NCBI GenBank assembly: GCA_964035545.1
Contig: OZ037766.1
Location: forward strand, 8,732,722 to 8,796,721
Direction of reading: 5' to 3'
From: Bugula neritina
Lineage: Eukaryota > Animalia > Bryozoa
Length of the DNA: 64,000 nucleotides
The translations under genes were made by a program, and so were the position numbers. Each line of letters starts with the position of its first letter. The first letter of the stretch is position 1. Below, piece by piece: positions 1 to 14,700 of the stretch. The notes under the pieces are model-generated. The model saw only the letters and a program-made list of their open reading frames with translations. It was not told where the DNA came from and made no database searches.

Positions 1-3000
1 TTCTTCCCATCAGTCAAGGCCCCGTCTCATGCTCTCCGCCATTTAGACCAGAAATATGATGAGCAAATTGAATTGAAAGACCCAAGCAAAGCCCTGTCTT
101 ACCTCAACAATGTTCAGCTTCAGAAAGATACATCTCTGATCATTCATTTGAATCCTACTGGAGATGAAGAAACCAGCTCAAGATCCCTCAAGAAGAATGG
201 TACGTTCTTGAATTAGAGTTATTTTTAAATTTAGCGTTTAATCATAATTATATTCTTGGACTGCTTTAGCTACATCACATAGTGTGCCTTGGAATACAGC
301 ACATAGTCCCAGCTGATTGTATCTTTAAATATACTTAATTTGATATAAACGCTATTTACATTTAGTTGTGTTAACAAATGAATATGATTCTTTTTAGATG
401 AACTCATCGGTGCAATCATGAAGATAGTTGAGAAACCAGGTTTATCCTATATAGCCTTCTACACTGGTAAAAGTCACAGGGTATGAGCTATGTTAAGCAT
501 TATAGTGTTGATGTATTAGAAATAAGTTCATTTTAACTAGCATTTTACACTGGGACTGGTTTAATTCAATTTCATACATATTATTTTGCATATAATGCAT
601 TCAAGATACAACAAACCATTTTTTGCGTTTAGTATGTGCATGTTTCCTATTTTCTGTATGAACTTATTTATAGCTTTCTGTTAGATTTCAAAATGTACAC
701 TTTTGTATTTTGGTTAGCCATAGAACTAACCTTAGTGTGTGTGCTGTGTGGTGGGTGGCTAGTTTGATGTCTTTAGATGGGTATTATAATTTATAAGTAT
801 GTAGATGCAGTAATGGAGAAATTTGGAAAAGCCTGTGTACTAGATTATAAATGTAGCAAAATGAGTTATGTTCCTTGAATTGTTCAGCTTGTATTCCAAA
901 TCGAAATGTGTAAATATAAGGGACTCAGGCCACTATAACTGCACCCAAGTGATTAAAGAGTGACAGTAAGGGGTGTTAATCTAACAAGTAACTCAGGCTC
1001 GTTAGCTTCTAGTGCTGATACTGAAGATAGATAGTCAACCACAGCTCAGCATTACTGAGTTTGTATTTTACCCATAGTTATTTTTCCAAGATCCCAGCTT
1101 TACTGAGCTTGTGACTATAAACTTATGTCAAATATAGTTGTGATATCATAGCTGTGTGAAGTTGTAATCAAAACCTATAGCCAGCCGCTGTTGGTATGGC
1201 TGTATATTAAAATGTATTATCACATAAATAGTAACTAACATTCTATTTCCACCAACAGAGTGCACACAGTGCAGCAGTGGTTCAAGGAGTGGGAAGACAT
1301 TTACTACAAGTTGAGGATGCAGCTACCACTGACACCATATTCTCTGGTAATAGTAGTATCTGTTTGCTGTATATGGAGTCAGTAACAGTAGGAGCATCTG
1401 TGTTGTCTGGTAACGCCAGTGTCAGCTGTACTGAAGATGCTGCAGCTTCGTAAGTTCACATTTAAATCATTTGGCTATGTTCAGGTTGGGCATTTGTCAA
1501 ATAAATGAAATTTTGCTAAGTTATTTAAACTTGCCGTAGTGACTTCCCAACTGAAAAACTAACAACCTACATTCAGATGAAAAACATAAATAGTATTTTT
1601 GTATACTAAAAGTTTGTGTGTGAATTTTTATGCAATAAAATTTCAATTGTGGTACAATGTATAAGCAACAAGTTTACTTGGGAAATTCTACTGATAATGT
1701 TGCCAGAGAATGCTAATGTATATGTTTGCAGTATATGATATTATTGTGACATTAGCAATGTTGAGCTCTTTGCATTGTTCTTATAGAAATATAAAGTTGG
1801 TAAATATTTTAGGCAGGTGAATATTACCATTACCGATAGCCAGATCCCCTCATCTCTAGAGTAAGTACATGCATATTTTATAGTGTATTATTTATTGCAT
1901 GACAAGTAGCACTTATTATTACTTAGTATTACGTTGGAGCATGTATAGTTACCGTATACTTAAAATGCAATGTTAGCAATGTTAAAGGTTGTGACTGGCT
2001 CAGAGTAGAAACATTATATAATGGTTGATGCAGTGTTTGAATGAACACTTTGGCATGCAGACGTGTTTCTAAAGCAGTAGATAGTAACGATGACTGTGAA
2101 CTAAAAGCTAATAGTAACTAAGCTTGGAGCTGCAGTTTTATGTGTTTGCCAAATTTTTAATATTAGCTTAATTTGAAAATATTTTGTTTTGTTTCGTAAA
2201 CAGACGACATTTTATGTAACAAATAATTACCTGAACTGTTTATAGACATTATCACTCAGCTCTTGTATGCAATTCAATTTCTTGTATATATGGAATGTAT
2301 AATTAATATAAACTCTTTAATTACTAGTGACTATATCAAAAGTTGGCACAAAATTTTCCGTATGATTAAAATTGTATAAAAATTCTTTTTTGTTATATGT
2401 GAATACTTAGTTGTAATTTTGATGGCCTAATGGGGTTGGAAAAAAATGAGTCTGAAATTTAAACATAGAGACAACAAAGCTTGAAAATTGATAGGTAGAT
2501 TTTTGTATTTCTGATGAAAATTTTTTGAATATTAGTGTTAAAAAGCTAGTTCTGACATTTACAATTCCAGATAACTTAGTAACTCAACTATAATGAATTT
2601 GACTGTAATGTTCATGTAACTCGCACCTTGAAAGTAATAAAACTGAAGTATTATTTCTTTATTTTTATCTCTAAAGTAAAGAATTTCCTTAATGAATATA
2701 ATAATAATGACAATACAAACTATTTCTGTAAGATTAAAGCTTAAATTTAAAAATGTAAAATCTCAGTGTTGAGTATACTGTATAATTGAAATTTGGTACT
2801 TTGGTGCTTTTCGGTTACTAAAGTCAATTTATTTGCACACGAAAACTATTTATCTTGGCAAAATATAGCATTCACTTCTAAATTCCACTATTAACCTTTC
2901 AGTGTTTAATTAGAAAATGTAATAGAGTCCAGGAAACTTTATATGGATTCAAACTTAATGTGAAGTTTTGACTCCATCTAATAACAAGGTTATTTTTCTA

Positions 3001-4147
3001 TAGAAAGTAGACAACTCTAAATTAAGCCTGCCCCTATAAAAATATGCCAATTACAATAATATACACATAATTATAGTTTTATAAAGCAGGTATTCTTACA
3101 ATTTTTGATAAATGTTTCATACTTTACAGACTCATTTTTACTAAGGACGCATTTGCAATGTGGAGTTTGGTTAAAGTTGTCTACGATAATATGGTTCTAA
3201 CCTCCAATACTGAAATCAGTGCACCTGTCGGCTTCTCCTATCACTGCAGCGAAAACATTACTTTTAGCAACAGCAGTGCAGCACCTGTAGTGGAGATTAC
3301 ACGCCTGCAGGTATATTTTATGTATATACTCTTTGGTATAAGTGTTATTGAAGTTGCTACAAACCAGCCCAGGTTAAGTGTAGAAATGTTGTATTGAATG
3401 TAACATCTGATGGAGTTATTGACTCTTGAAAATGTGTGGTACTTGAGAGTTTGTTAGAAACTTGAAAATACTTGATTTGAGAGGCTAATAACAAACCTTG
3501 GGCCATATGTGTCTGACCTTCTGGCTATATCTTTAGTCTGTGAAGAAATTGATGGCTTTTAAAAAGCAAGTTTTAAACATAAATCTGAGCTGGCCTTGCA
3601 GATTTATTGAATACCATTGATACACTTTTTGAAAATTACTTGACTTGTTCGGATCTTTAGTTGTTTTTGCAATAATTATTTATTTTTAACTAATTCACTA
3701 AGCAGCTTGATGTTTCAATAGCAATCACATTGACAAAAACTTTTTTTTCACTTTTTATTTCCTTAAATTGCAATAAATTATATTTTTCTTAAACAATTTC
3801 TAAAAACACAGGTGTTCTTAATATCATCAATCACCTTGTGGACAATCGTAGTAACCTTGTGTTTATATGTCAGGAGTATTGTAAAGCTGTTCAGTATTAT
3901 AAATTAAGTAATCTAATGTAACATGTGTTTGCAGGTTCAGGTGTTTAGCGTAGAGACACCCGGTGTGTTTGATAGTGCATATGATTGTACCGGGTTCTTT
4001 ACCATAGCCATATGGACAGGCCTGCTCACCGCCCTGGTTCTTATTGGCGCCACAGTCTATGGTCTGATGATGCTGAATAACATACAGACTTTCGACTTGT
4101 ACGATGACCCCAAGGGCAAACCACTCACAATTAACCTGTCGGAATAA
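1..4147 (+). CDS. ATP6AP1: V-type ATPase accessory subunit S1 (Ac45), 3' part; exons <1-199, 398-480, 1259-1449, 1813-1860, 3130-3310, 3935-4147
   Basis: Phase-consistent GT-AG chain. It includes GRHLLQ (processing-site region), luminal FSYHC, DCTGFFTIAIWTGL transmembrane entry and the C-terminal TFDLYDDPKGK tail typical of Ac45. Confidence 0.92.
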
Positions 4148-5471
4148 CCCTCAGTTCTCTACTGCAGTTCTATGTATTTTGACTTGCTGAATAATATGTT
4201 GTTGAACAAGATGCCAAAACTTTTTAATTAGAATATTCTTTTTCCTATTCTTATATGTTGTATTTTAGACAAGTTCAAGCAATATATGTTTTATGTCTTA
4301 TTATTAGCTGAAACTCACTACATGTAGCTACATAAGTATCATGGTCATCAATAAATATAACATTTCTATAAGCTATTTGTGTGATGATTGACTTACAGCT
4401 CATATATAGTGAGTTAATACATGCAAATTTAGTTACCTGGTCTTTTTAGCCTATCTATGTTCTGAAATAATATTAGTTAATTGAATATTGACGAGACTAA
4501 AAAGACCTAGATACTTCAAGCTATTCATAACTTCTACATATGCTCTGCATTAGTTTTTATATAAAATGTGTTCCTAAAAATTAATGCATACGTCACATTT
4601 GATTTTTTCAGATCACTAACTGCTAGATCAGGTGCCAGAGACTATCCAGTCTTTCTGTTGACAATGGAGTATTTATGTTGAAAAATTAATGCTTTACCCA
4701 ATAAGCAACAAATGCTCATAATTGAGATTATATGGCTATAAAATATAGAAGTTGTCTTAACATGAAAATCTAACTTGCAGAACTGGTTCATGGCATTGCT
4801 TTACATTATAATATTATGCTGCGTTTGAACAAAAAGTGAAAGTGATTCATGACTTACACACTAGTTGCATATATAATGCATTTATAACATTAAACATCAG
4901 GTGTGCTTCAGTACTTAAATATTGTATACAAGTTAATTTATAGAGTGAAAGACACACGTGTTCCTATAAAATTTTCTCTATCATAAATAGCGGGTTTCGT
5001 ACAAAGTTCTTAAAACTTTTCTAAATTTTATACTGGAAGTGCTAGGTATTCTTCCAAGTACTGCAAATTAGCTAGTGACTAAGAAATGGTTTTCCAAGCC
5101 ATAAGACCTTGCATAAGAAGCAAATCTGGTAGCAAGCTTTAATGCTAATGTGCACCAATGTTGGAAATAATTGGAATGTAATTATATTATACACAAATGA
5201 AAATCTAAATAAGTTGATTGCATTATAATAATATATAGTTCTTTATCAAATACTGATGCTAGAACACAAGCAGATTTTTTGCATTTTCCAAAATGAAAAT
5301 AAAAACAAAGAAAGATTTTGCAAACTTCAAAAGATTTATGTCCATATTTGCAGAAGTCTACAAATCGATTCGATATGTGTAACTGCTAAAAATTGTGGCC
5401 TGAGAAATTTGTCTTTATCAAATTTTAGAACTTAAAATACTATATCGTAGTTTATGGCCAACCAGAGTGCT

Positions 5472-7966
5472 TCAACTTGTTACTCGGCCAATAAGAAAGC
5501 TTATTATTGCCACTCCAACTAGTAAAATGTGTGTATACGAAACTAAAGGTCTAGATTTTGTCTCAGCATTGCCATTATATAGTTGTTTCATTTGACTTAT
5601 GTCTCTCTGTAATTCTTGTATATACTGTTGATTCTGAAGAATTCTCTGCTCATTGGAAGTTGTCCGCTCCAATTGTGTTTCCATTAGATGAGAACTGTTA
5701 GCTTGCCACTCTTTACTTTGCTCCTGAAACACCAGCATGTCTAGCTATAGTTGTCTTATGATTTATTGTGCATACATGCATCTAACTCTTATTATATAGC
5801 TATACTCTCTATTTACCCAAATTAACAAAAATAAAAATAAAATTGTGATTTATTATGTATTTGCTATATGCAGATTCATATTAAATATCAATCATTCCAG
5901 CATCTGTATACATTTCCACAGTTGCAACACATGTAATGACTACTATAACCTCCCACATCCTGTCACTTGTTGAATTCTATGATCATACTGTTTATAATAT
6001 GCAGAATATTCTTTTATAAATTGAGCTGCTCGTGGCTTGTAAAATTCTATTAGGTAAAACACTACTTTGGGACAGAGAGAAATAAATAACATGCATTATA
6101 TATTATATTATTTTGTAATTATATGTCCTATGGTATATTGTCATATAATATATCTCGACTTTGTAATTTTAATGTTTTTATTGCCACTTTGAAGTTTGCA
6201 ACTTGCAGGGCTGTTTAAGTGAGGCTACATTATTTTTATACCTCTAGACATCTGGTTGATATTTGTAGAGATAGGATTTGTTGATTTAGGAGTTGCATTC
6301 CCCCTGAGTATGCTGTGGATGCAGGATAGAATGTAGCTGCTGTACCCTGTACACTATGCCTTCTATTTGGTGTGACTACTTGATACGGTAATAAGGCTAC
6401 AAACATAACACAATTATATTACTATATTTAAACAAATTAAGGTGTACAAGTACAATCTTATTAGATACAAAGGCTCATATATATTTTTTTACCTAGTTTT
6501 ACAAATAATATGACTTGTCCGTTGGTATTTTATAGCTTAGATTCATATGCTATTTACAGCTTTTTTCCACATAATAGACAGTCTCAATAATCATGCAGTG
6601 TATTGATATTTGAATTGTTTTGCTGAGAATAAGTAATCCATGAAGCATATAAGTAGTTGGAAGTATGCTCACATGCCGTACGTATGAAATCAACTTAAAA
6701 TAATATATAAATCTGTTATTACAGCCACACAACTAAAAATGTTAACTATATAATATGATTTTATTCTTTACAGTTTAAAACTTCTGGGCATTATCATGAA
6801 AAACTAGTAGTCTTCATTATTTACAATACAGCTTCCATGACTTAGGGCGCTTTCGGATTCCCTAGGCGTAGGGGTAACTGTAGGCCCTACGCGATGACCA
6901 TTCGGTAGGGAATCCGAAAGCGCCCTAATACTAATATATTCTGAAGTCATCAACATAGTATAGTAGAATATTACAACATATCATATTCACTGTACAGTAT
7001 GCAGGCTGACACAGCGAAACCAGTAGAATATTTACTTAACCTGTATTAATTTAATTGCATCATGAACAATTCTTATAATAATATTTTGTTTCAATTTGTT
7101 TGATCAATTTGCAACCTTTTTGGACTTTTTGGGAAAATAATTAATAAGGAGTACATCATACTAAACATGCAAAAGTTGAATCAATTTTGGGGTAAAATGA
7201 CATTTCATTAGTAGGCTGCTAGTTACCAATAACTCTAATGTTAATTTATAACTTAATAATTATTATTAATCAACATGGCAAAAGTCACAGTGTGCTGCGT
7301 GATCTAAGAGTAAGCTTACATGAATACGGTAGTACCCAAAAAGTATCTGTAAATAGTTATTCGTTGCATTTTATAGTCATTTACTGTATATAGTCATTCA
7401 CTGTATTTTATACTGATCTGCTGTATAATAGGGTCATATACTGTATAATATAATCATATACTGCATGATTTAATCACCTATACTTGCATAATATAATCAT
7501 CCACTGTATATAGCCATCTACTGTATAATAAAGCCATCTACTGTACACTAATCATGTACTGTATAATATAGTCATATATTGTATAATATAGTCATATACT
7601 GTATAATATAGTCATATACTGTATAATATAGTCATATACTGTATAATATAGTCATATACTGTATAATATAGTCATCTACTGTGAATAGTCATTTCATATC
7701 AGTTACAGCTGTGGTTTGTAGCAATACAAGACACAAGTTAGAATTACCACAATTACTTTGCTATTCATTTCCAACTTACAAGAGTTCCTTCTGGAATCTG
7801 AGGTGACTGTTGTGACTAAAGCACCTGTGTTTGTAGTCATAGTGAGGCTTTCATTTGAGGAAGAAGGCTGCAAAAACAAACTTCTAACTGGAGCTTCTAC
7901 TAGAAATGAGGGCACTGGTGTGTTTTCAGGTCTAGATCTCAGTGGATCATTCGTGGAAGCTGCCAT
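5472..7966 (-). CDS. Uncharacterised ~204-aa tail-anchored coiled-coil protein; exons 7966-7780, 6396-6242, 5744-5472
   Basis: Three phase-compatible exons (615 nt). Ser/Thr/Pro-rich N-terminus, Gln/Glu-rich predicted coiled coil, C-terminal hydrophobic helix ILLVGVAIISFLIG plus short tail RVTS. Probable non-coding upstream exon at 8517-8448 with strong acceptor and donor. Confidence 0.7.
6845..6925. mobile_element. 81-bp MITE with 20-bp TIR
   Basis: GGGCGCTTTCGGATTCCCTA ... TAGGGAATCCGAAAGCGCCC, flanked by TTA/TAA (TA or TWA target), with an inner hairpin GCGTAGGG/CCCTACGC. GC-rich insert in an AT-rich intron. Confidence 0.8.
7372..7692. repeat. 20-bp minisatellite (ACTGTATAATATAGTCATAT)n
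   Basis: About six near-perfect units at 7558-7683, with degenerate units upstream. Confidence 0.9.
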
Positions 7967-8162
7967 GTTTATACAAACGCTACAACACCACAATATGATA
8001 AATTGGTGGTACAACTTTACTATTTCAGGCATTATTACAGTTCATATGTTGACGTTGGTAAAAGCATGAAAAAATGAAACTTTACTTTGAGCTATTTTTG
8101 GTATGATATGTCTACTCTAGTCTTGCTTATTTGCATCGGATACAAATAGTCATATTTTAATA

Positions 8163-11100
8163 ATGATAAATTTTATTATATTTGTGATGGTGCGTGAGTA
8201 AATCTGCAGGTTTGAAATCTATAATATCATATATAAAATATTATTGACAAGAAATGAAAGTGAACTATGCATGTGTCATGAATTCCTTGATATAATATGA
8301 AAATCATGCAGTTGTAACAAGCTTCATGGGAATAGATTTATAAATATGGTATACAATATACAACATATTATACACAGAATAAAAATTTTATTATATATTA
8401 CTATGGAAAAACTGTGAGTTTATGCTAAAATACTGTAGCAAGCTTACCTGCTTATCCAGTCTGCAGTCTACTTACTTCAAGTGCTACGCTACACACTGCT
8501 ACACACTTCGCGGACACCTGCAAGGAAATGTATTGAGTTGTTTGTAACAAGCACCTTTGTATATTCCTAAAATGACACCATGTGATCTTTATTAATTGAA
8601 AGTTAAAATGATTCATAGAAGCTACGCTATATCAAATTACAGTAACACTAAACACTATCAGTCAAACCAACTGACGTCAATGGAATACCCCAGCTATGCA
8701 GGAACTTTGAGGTGCGCACAAGTCGTTGGTATGATAAGATATAAATCATAACTTATACATCACAGTTTTATGTAAACCACCCGCCTGACTGTGAATAGGG
8801 CGGCAGTTTAATAAGTTTATTAAAAAGCAAAGTGGGTGCATCTATAAAACACTCAGCATAAGAAAGCCTTTTGTTAGCAAGATGAGCATAGTTGTGAAGT
8901 GAAATAACCAGCAGATGTTGTACACATGGTGATTGGTCTTGATGCAAAGCCACTATCTATGTTGTTATAATATATTAATACTAGTTGCTGCTGTTAAATC
9001 TATTAAGCAGTATGAGAGTTTCACAACATAATAATATTTGTATGCAGTACCTTAACATTATACCTTTCTGTAGATAAGTTTTAATTTTTTCAATATCTGC
9101 ATAATTTCTATATCCTAATTTTTTACTAGGGTGTAAATATTTCTTTGCAAATTTCAACTCATTGAGATTGTAGCAGCTATGGTCTAAAATAATAATAATA
9201 ATAATAAAATGAAGACTTCTTACTCTACGGAAGTTACAAATTTCACTCCAAAAAGGAAACAAAGCACAACAGAATACATGTGTTACAGTATGGGAAAGTT
9301 GAAAATAGTTTTATAACACTGCTATTGCATAGCAGGTGCACTTCAGCAATGAAATCGGGGCAGCTAAGAGTGGAAGGAGGGCAAAGTTGGTGTTGCAAAA
9401 TAGCTATTGAATTTAAAAATATGACCAATATTGTAATTTTTCTAAGACCTAATTATTTAGACAAATTCTGAATAACAATTTTGCACATCAACCTTTATGT
9501 ATTATGTATTGTACACATGTACCGTTGCAAATCATGGATATTGACTATCATTTGTGATTTTAAATCTGAAATGAAATCAATCCTTAAGTTTTTCAAATAT
9601 AATTTTGGTCGCCAGGCAACTCTAAAGAATTTTCTAGAAATATTTTCATTACTACCATTTGGCTAGTTAAAACTCAAAATGTTACATAGATAGACTACAT
9701 AAGGGAGTTAAGGACTAAAATTGCACAGCAGTAACTGGCTATATAATGAATCTATCTAAGTGTAGCAACAACATTCAGTTTGCTTGCATGTTGTTTATAT
9801 TATAACTTATAAGTGCATGCATAGATTGTCAAAAGTTGGGTTGACATTAATTAGTATGTTATGTAAGAAAAGACATGATGAACTCAGACATACGAAGCTC
9901 ACCGAGTATAAAGGGTCACCTATGTGGCAAATCATAGAATATAAATCCTACTCAACATAACCCCGTGGTGATTAATTTGTGTGCAGCCGACGTCAAGTGA
10001 TCATGTGCCTGGGATAGCAAGTTGTATAAGCTGATAATAAATGTGTATTAGCACTTATAATGGACTCTCAACCAAAAGTATGTTTTCTTATCAGCTTTCA
10101 GATATGATTAAAATGGTAGAATGATATGATAGCATTTAGCGTGGAATGTAGCCTATGGTTCAGGAATTTGAAATTTTTTTATTTTCCAAAATATGTTTCA
10201 TAGTTAACACTTAACTGCACTTGTATGCATTAATTTTGCTTATAGATGAACTGAAAATAGTTATATTCACGTGGATATAGCTTATTAAAAAATTAATCAA
10301 TAAGTAAACAACTAGTGCAGTTGAAAATGTTTTGTGTTGTCTGATGTATCAGAAGTTATCCAAGTATGCATAAACTACTTTTCTTGTTGTAGTTTATGTG
10401 ATGTAAATGTCATTCAACGTGGTTACAAAGCAACCTCTCTCCCTGACAAGGATGACCCTAACTGCTCCATGACGTTTACTGTATATAGATGTTCACCATT
10501 TTTAAAATAAACAGAAGGTTGAGCAAGAAAACAGTTGGTAATTTATTTACAGAATGCCAATACAGGATAGATACAAGGCTATCTTTTTGTATAACTATCG
10601 TCAGGGAAAGCCGAAAAGGTCATGTTTAAACAAAAAATTGAAAAATCTACACTTTCTACTCATGATTTCACGAGATTATAGGCTAGTAACTATCAGTGCA
10701 GTCTTTATTGTAAAAATTGTAAAAACTACAAGCTTATTGTTCAAAGCTGCAGCAAGATTTTCATTTTATTTTCTCATATACTATATAACCCAAATATGTA
10801 ACGTTTGTGGAAGACAGAACATTATTTTATGTTTTTTTATGCACTAAAATAGTTACATGAATAAGTTAAAGAGCTCTGTAAAAGAATTAATAAGCTGCCT
10901 TGCACACGCGTACATTTAAACTTAATTCAATTCTATATATTTTCATTTTTCTCATAAATTATACTTTAGAGTTTAAATTCACATTACAGTAATCTTTAAT
11001 ATCACAGATTGGAAGCATTTCTAATGTTCTCATCCCAAAATTATTAAAAGTTAACACTCTAAACTCACTAAAGTCTAGACTCTAGATCATTAGCTGCCGT

Positions 11101-11208
11101 GAGTTACACAAAAATGATGCTAGGGAGCAAGCTGCTTATAACACACTGGTAGACCGTGAAATGTGCTTTGAGGCATTAGATACTTTCAGCTTTATTGTGA
11201 AAAAATAG
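8163..11208 (+). CDS. Tentative small Cys-containing, possibly secreted protein; candidate exons 8163-8193, 8662-8728, 9336-9432, (uncertain middle), 10393-10480, 11086-11208
   Basis: The first three exons join in phase to MINFIIFVMVLKPTDVNGIPQLCRNFEVRTSRWCTSAMKSGQLRVEGGQSWCCKIAIEFKNMTNI. The last two join to LCDVNVIQRGYKATSLPDKDDPNCSMTFT-IISCRELHKNDAREQAAYNTLVDREMCFEALDTFSFIVKK*. Linking the halves needs weak donors, and I recognise no homologue. Confidence 0.3.
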
Positions 11209-11769
11209 GCGTTCTCAGCTAAGATTTCCATAGCGCCATTTTCATCATACCAAGTTTCCTTCTATGCTCATAACCTGTAGCTTTACATCATATGCTTACA
11301 ACCCCACGCTTGATTACATTTCATCTGTATTTCCTTACCCATACTGTCATGTATGCTAAAATATGCTAATGACCTTACATGGATAATAGATACTATTGAT
11401 CTTATATTTTAATAATATATTTTGCCCTTTCAATTCAATATACTACATATTTTATTAATTTTGTTTTATTATTTAGTTTTGTTTATAATGGATCGGCTCA
11501 TTATAAGAAAACAGAAATTTACATGAACAGCAGATTTTCACCAATATAAAATACAAGAAAAATAGTCACTGTATGGTTAATACCAGAACAAATGAACAAG
11601 TCTGTATGTACATCGTGATAATTCCTTACTGCATAACAGCCAGAACGTTAACACATCATATTATAAATAATTCAGAGTACACATGAGAAAAATATTACTC
11701 TAATTATGAGATGCAAATATCACACAGCACAATTTATCGTCTAAAAGATTTTAAAATGCCATCATAGGC

Positions 11770-14700
11770 TCAGCTTCGCACGGGCAGGTCAGGTTGAACT
11801 AGTCTGCTCTCCCGTTCCTTATTCTGTGTATGTTCAATGAGCTTCCTCATGACTGGACCGTCAAACTGTTCTGGTGTTTCCTCAACACCTTCAACAATAA
11901 AATAATACATCACAACGTCACTACTGATCATATAAATAGCACACATATGCCATTAAGACTTGGCAAAGAAGCAATACCAAACTTCTATCATGAAGAAGAG
12001 CATAACCAGTAGCTCGACAGTTTCAATAAAAAGTTTGAAACACACTTTTATGACAAAATGATTCTGTTAAGAGTTTAAAATAAAAAAGAATAGAAATATG
12101 AAAAAAAACCACTGGATCAAGGCAACATTAGAAACCTTGAAACTGAGTGTGCAAAATCTGGTGAAATAAAAAGTTTATATGAACAGTTTGAAAACTGCAA
12201 GATGAAAAACAATCTCAAAAACTCACTACTCATCTTTAAAATATTTGGTAGTTCCATAATTTTTTCAATGGAGCTGCAAGGTAAAGCTTATAGAGAGCAA
12301 AATAGAGAGTTTCTCTTCACGTACCTGAAGCCCAATAGTATATCTCCCAGTCATTGCTCGGCAAGTTTATTATTTTATCGTATTCCATCAACTCAACTTC
12401 TGACATCGAGTCCAAATACTTGTGAGCAAAGGTGCTGTTGTAAAAGTAGAGAAGCCAGGTGAGATATTGCAAAATAAATCCATCAAACGCAACAATTAGA
12501 TCTGCACAAATGCATACATAAATTCTCAAAACAATAAAGGAAATTGAATGAAGGGCAGTTGTTGTGATAATTTTATATTTTAGAAATAAAATCACCATTT
12601 AGTTTTTTCTGAATTTAATTTAAATAACCATGTTTTGTTACTGTTATAAATGATAACTTTACAACACTGCAATAGGCAGGTGTTTGGCAATCTGCAGTGT
12701 CATATTGTATGTTACATAACAGTTCAGTTACTTTATTCTACACCCATTTTATAGCTACTGCTCATATTTATACTAAATATGTAGTTAATTATTTGAGTAA
12801 TAACAAACGATGACTGCACTCCACTTAGAGCTGCTATTTCTCAGTTAGATGATTTAAAACTGCCTGGTTTTCTTGAAAGTCACAATACTGTGCCAACTGA
12901 CTGCTATAAAACCTCAGACTGTCAGAGTGTCACTCACAGTTTTGCAATTATAGGTATATGGCAAACAGCAATTTAAAAGTATAGACTGGATAGTGGAATT
13001 TGATAGATGTATGCAAACCTTAGTTAACAGAATACACGCAAATAGCAATCTCTGCCACAGGCTATGTGTACTTTACCTAAGAACTAAATCTGTTTCTTTT
13101 ATGCCACGTTTTCGAGACTGGTATAGAAGCCTGGCTCTCTTTTGTTGAACAGATTCCTCTGGCTTTGCTGAATATACTGGAATTTCCACATAAGTGGTGT
13201 CTCCACAAATGCTATTAGTCACTGAGAGGTTTCTTCTACATAGTTTAGCAACACTTGACTGCCAGCAAAACACAAGTATTTAAGTAAATAGATTATGACT
13301 ATGATCCATAACTAAATACTTAGCAATAAAAAAACTCTATAAGTTTGTAGTTACTATCCCTGTGAGAATCTCTGATGAAAAGGGTTTTTATAAAGTGGAC
13401 TTTTTCTGAAGTGACACAAGAACAATTATAAATAACTGGATGCTCGTCTTAACATCAACGCAGATGTTTGGACTTAACCATTGACTCTGTGTTTACTAGA
13501 CCATGCCTAACCACTGCACCACTACTGCTCTCTAAGATAGTGAGCAATAAAATTGAAGCAATATTAACATGCTTCTTTTTTACCAAGACTGATGAGGCTA
13601 CTATTAGCCAGCGCCTGTAGTGATCACAAAAGACATATTTGAAGTTTATTAGCAAATTACAAATAGTTCTACAGTTGTTAAGTTTCAGTTTTAGTAGAAA
13701 CTCAGTTACTGAGACACGTATGTTACTATTATATTTATTATGGATTTATTAAAAGTAGTTGTGCCAGCCTTTGATAATGATGGCTCATTGATTGAACAGA
13801 AAGCTTTGGAAAACTGCTTACAAACATGTTTTTTTAGCTCAAGCGTAAACTTATCATTGAAGGAGCAATTTTAACTAAACTTGAAACAGAGCATTGCAAC
13901 AATAAAACAACATGCAGTTATCAAACAGCCATCTGCTCAAAATCAAATTTTCAAGCTTTTCAAGGCCAGAAGATTGCAACCTTTTATAAGCATGTGTAAT
14001 GGTTAATAAATTCAGCCAAACCAGATTATCTAGCAAAAATAGAAGACAGGTGACTCTAAAAAGATACTTTTCCAACCTTCATGCTGAACACATATGTTTT
14101 TAAACAGCTCTACACTTGACAGTAAGTATGAGGTTGAACCATTCTGATTGGGAAATATCAAATTCAGTGATTCTCTTCATGATCATTTCATTAATGACGA
14201 ATGATTTATAAAAACTTGAATTATAATACTAAAACTAAAAGTGGAAGTAAATCTTAATTCTTATAGTTATAGTAATAGCTAAATTTCAACTTGGAAGAAA
14301 ATGCAGAGCTTTTAGACTTAGTTTTACTACTAGTACTAGTACTACTGCTGCTAGTACTAGTAGTGGTACCTGTACTACTACTACTACTCCTAGTACTACT
14401 CAACTTTCATCTGCTTATGATGAACTATTAAATTCAAATCGGTCAATAAACACTCGATCTGCTAAGAGAGGAAAACCAACATCAATTTTTGCATCCTCAC
14501 AGACCTTTCACAACAGTTTTCTCCCTCGAAGCATCAGAGATTTGAGGATACCACCTCATAACACAAACTCAGCTTAGCTATGTGCTAAAACCCCTTTACA
14601 TTACAATTAAATATGCAAACTTAGCTAAATGCTAGAATAGATACATTTCAACACATGGTAAACCCAAACAAAAACAACATAAGAGGCACTCATAATTTCG

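Noticed and set aside
7372-7692. Regular 20-bp repeats as a CRISPR-like array
   Set aside because: Head-to-tail units without unique spacers in a eukaryotic intron: a minisatellite.
13077-13110. SDHAF2 motif RGIKETD differing from vertebrate RGMLEN, hinting at horizontal origin
   Set aside because: It still fits the family RGxxE motif, resembles the fungal form, and the gene has ordinary introns and a targeting peptide.
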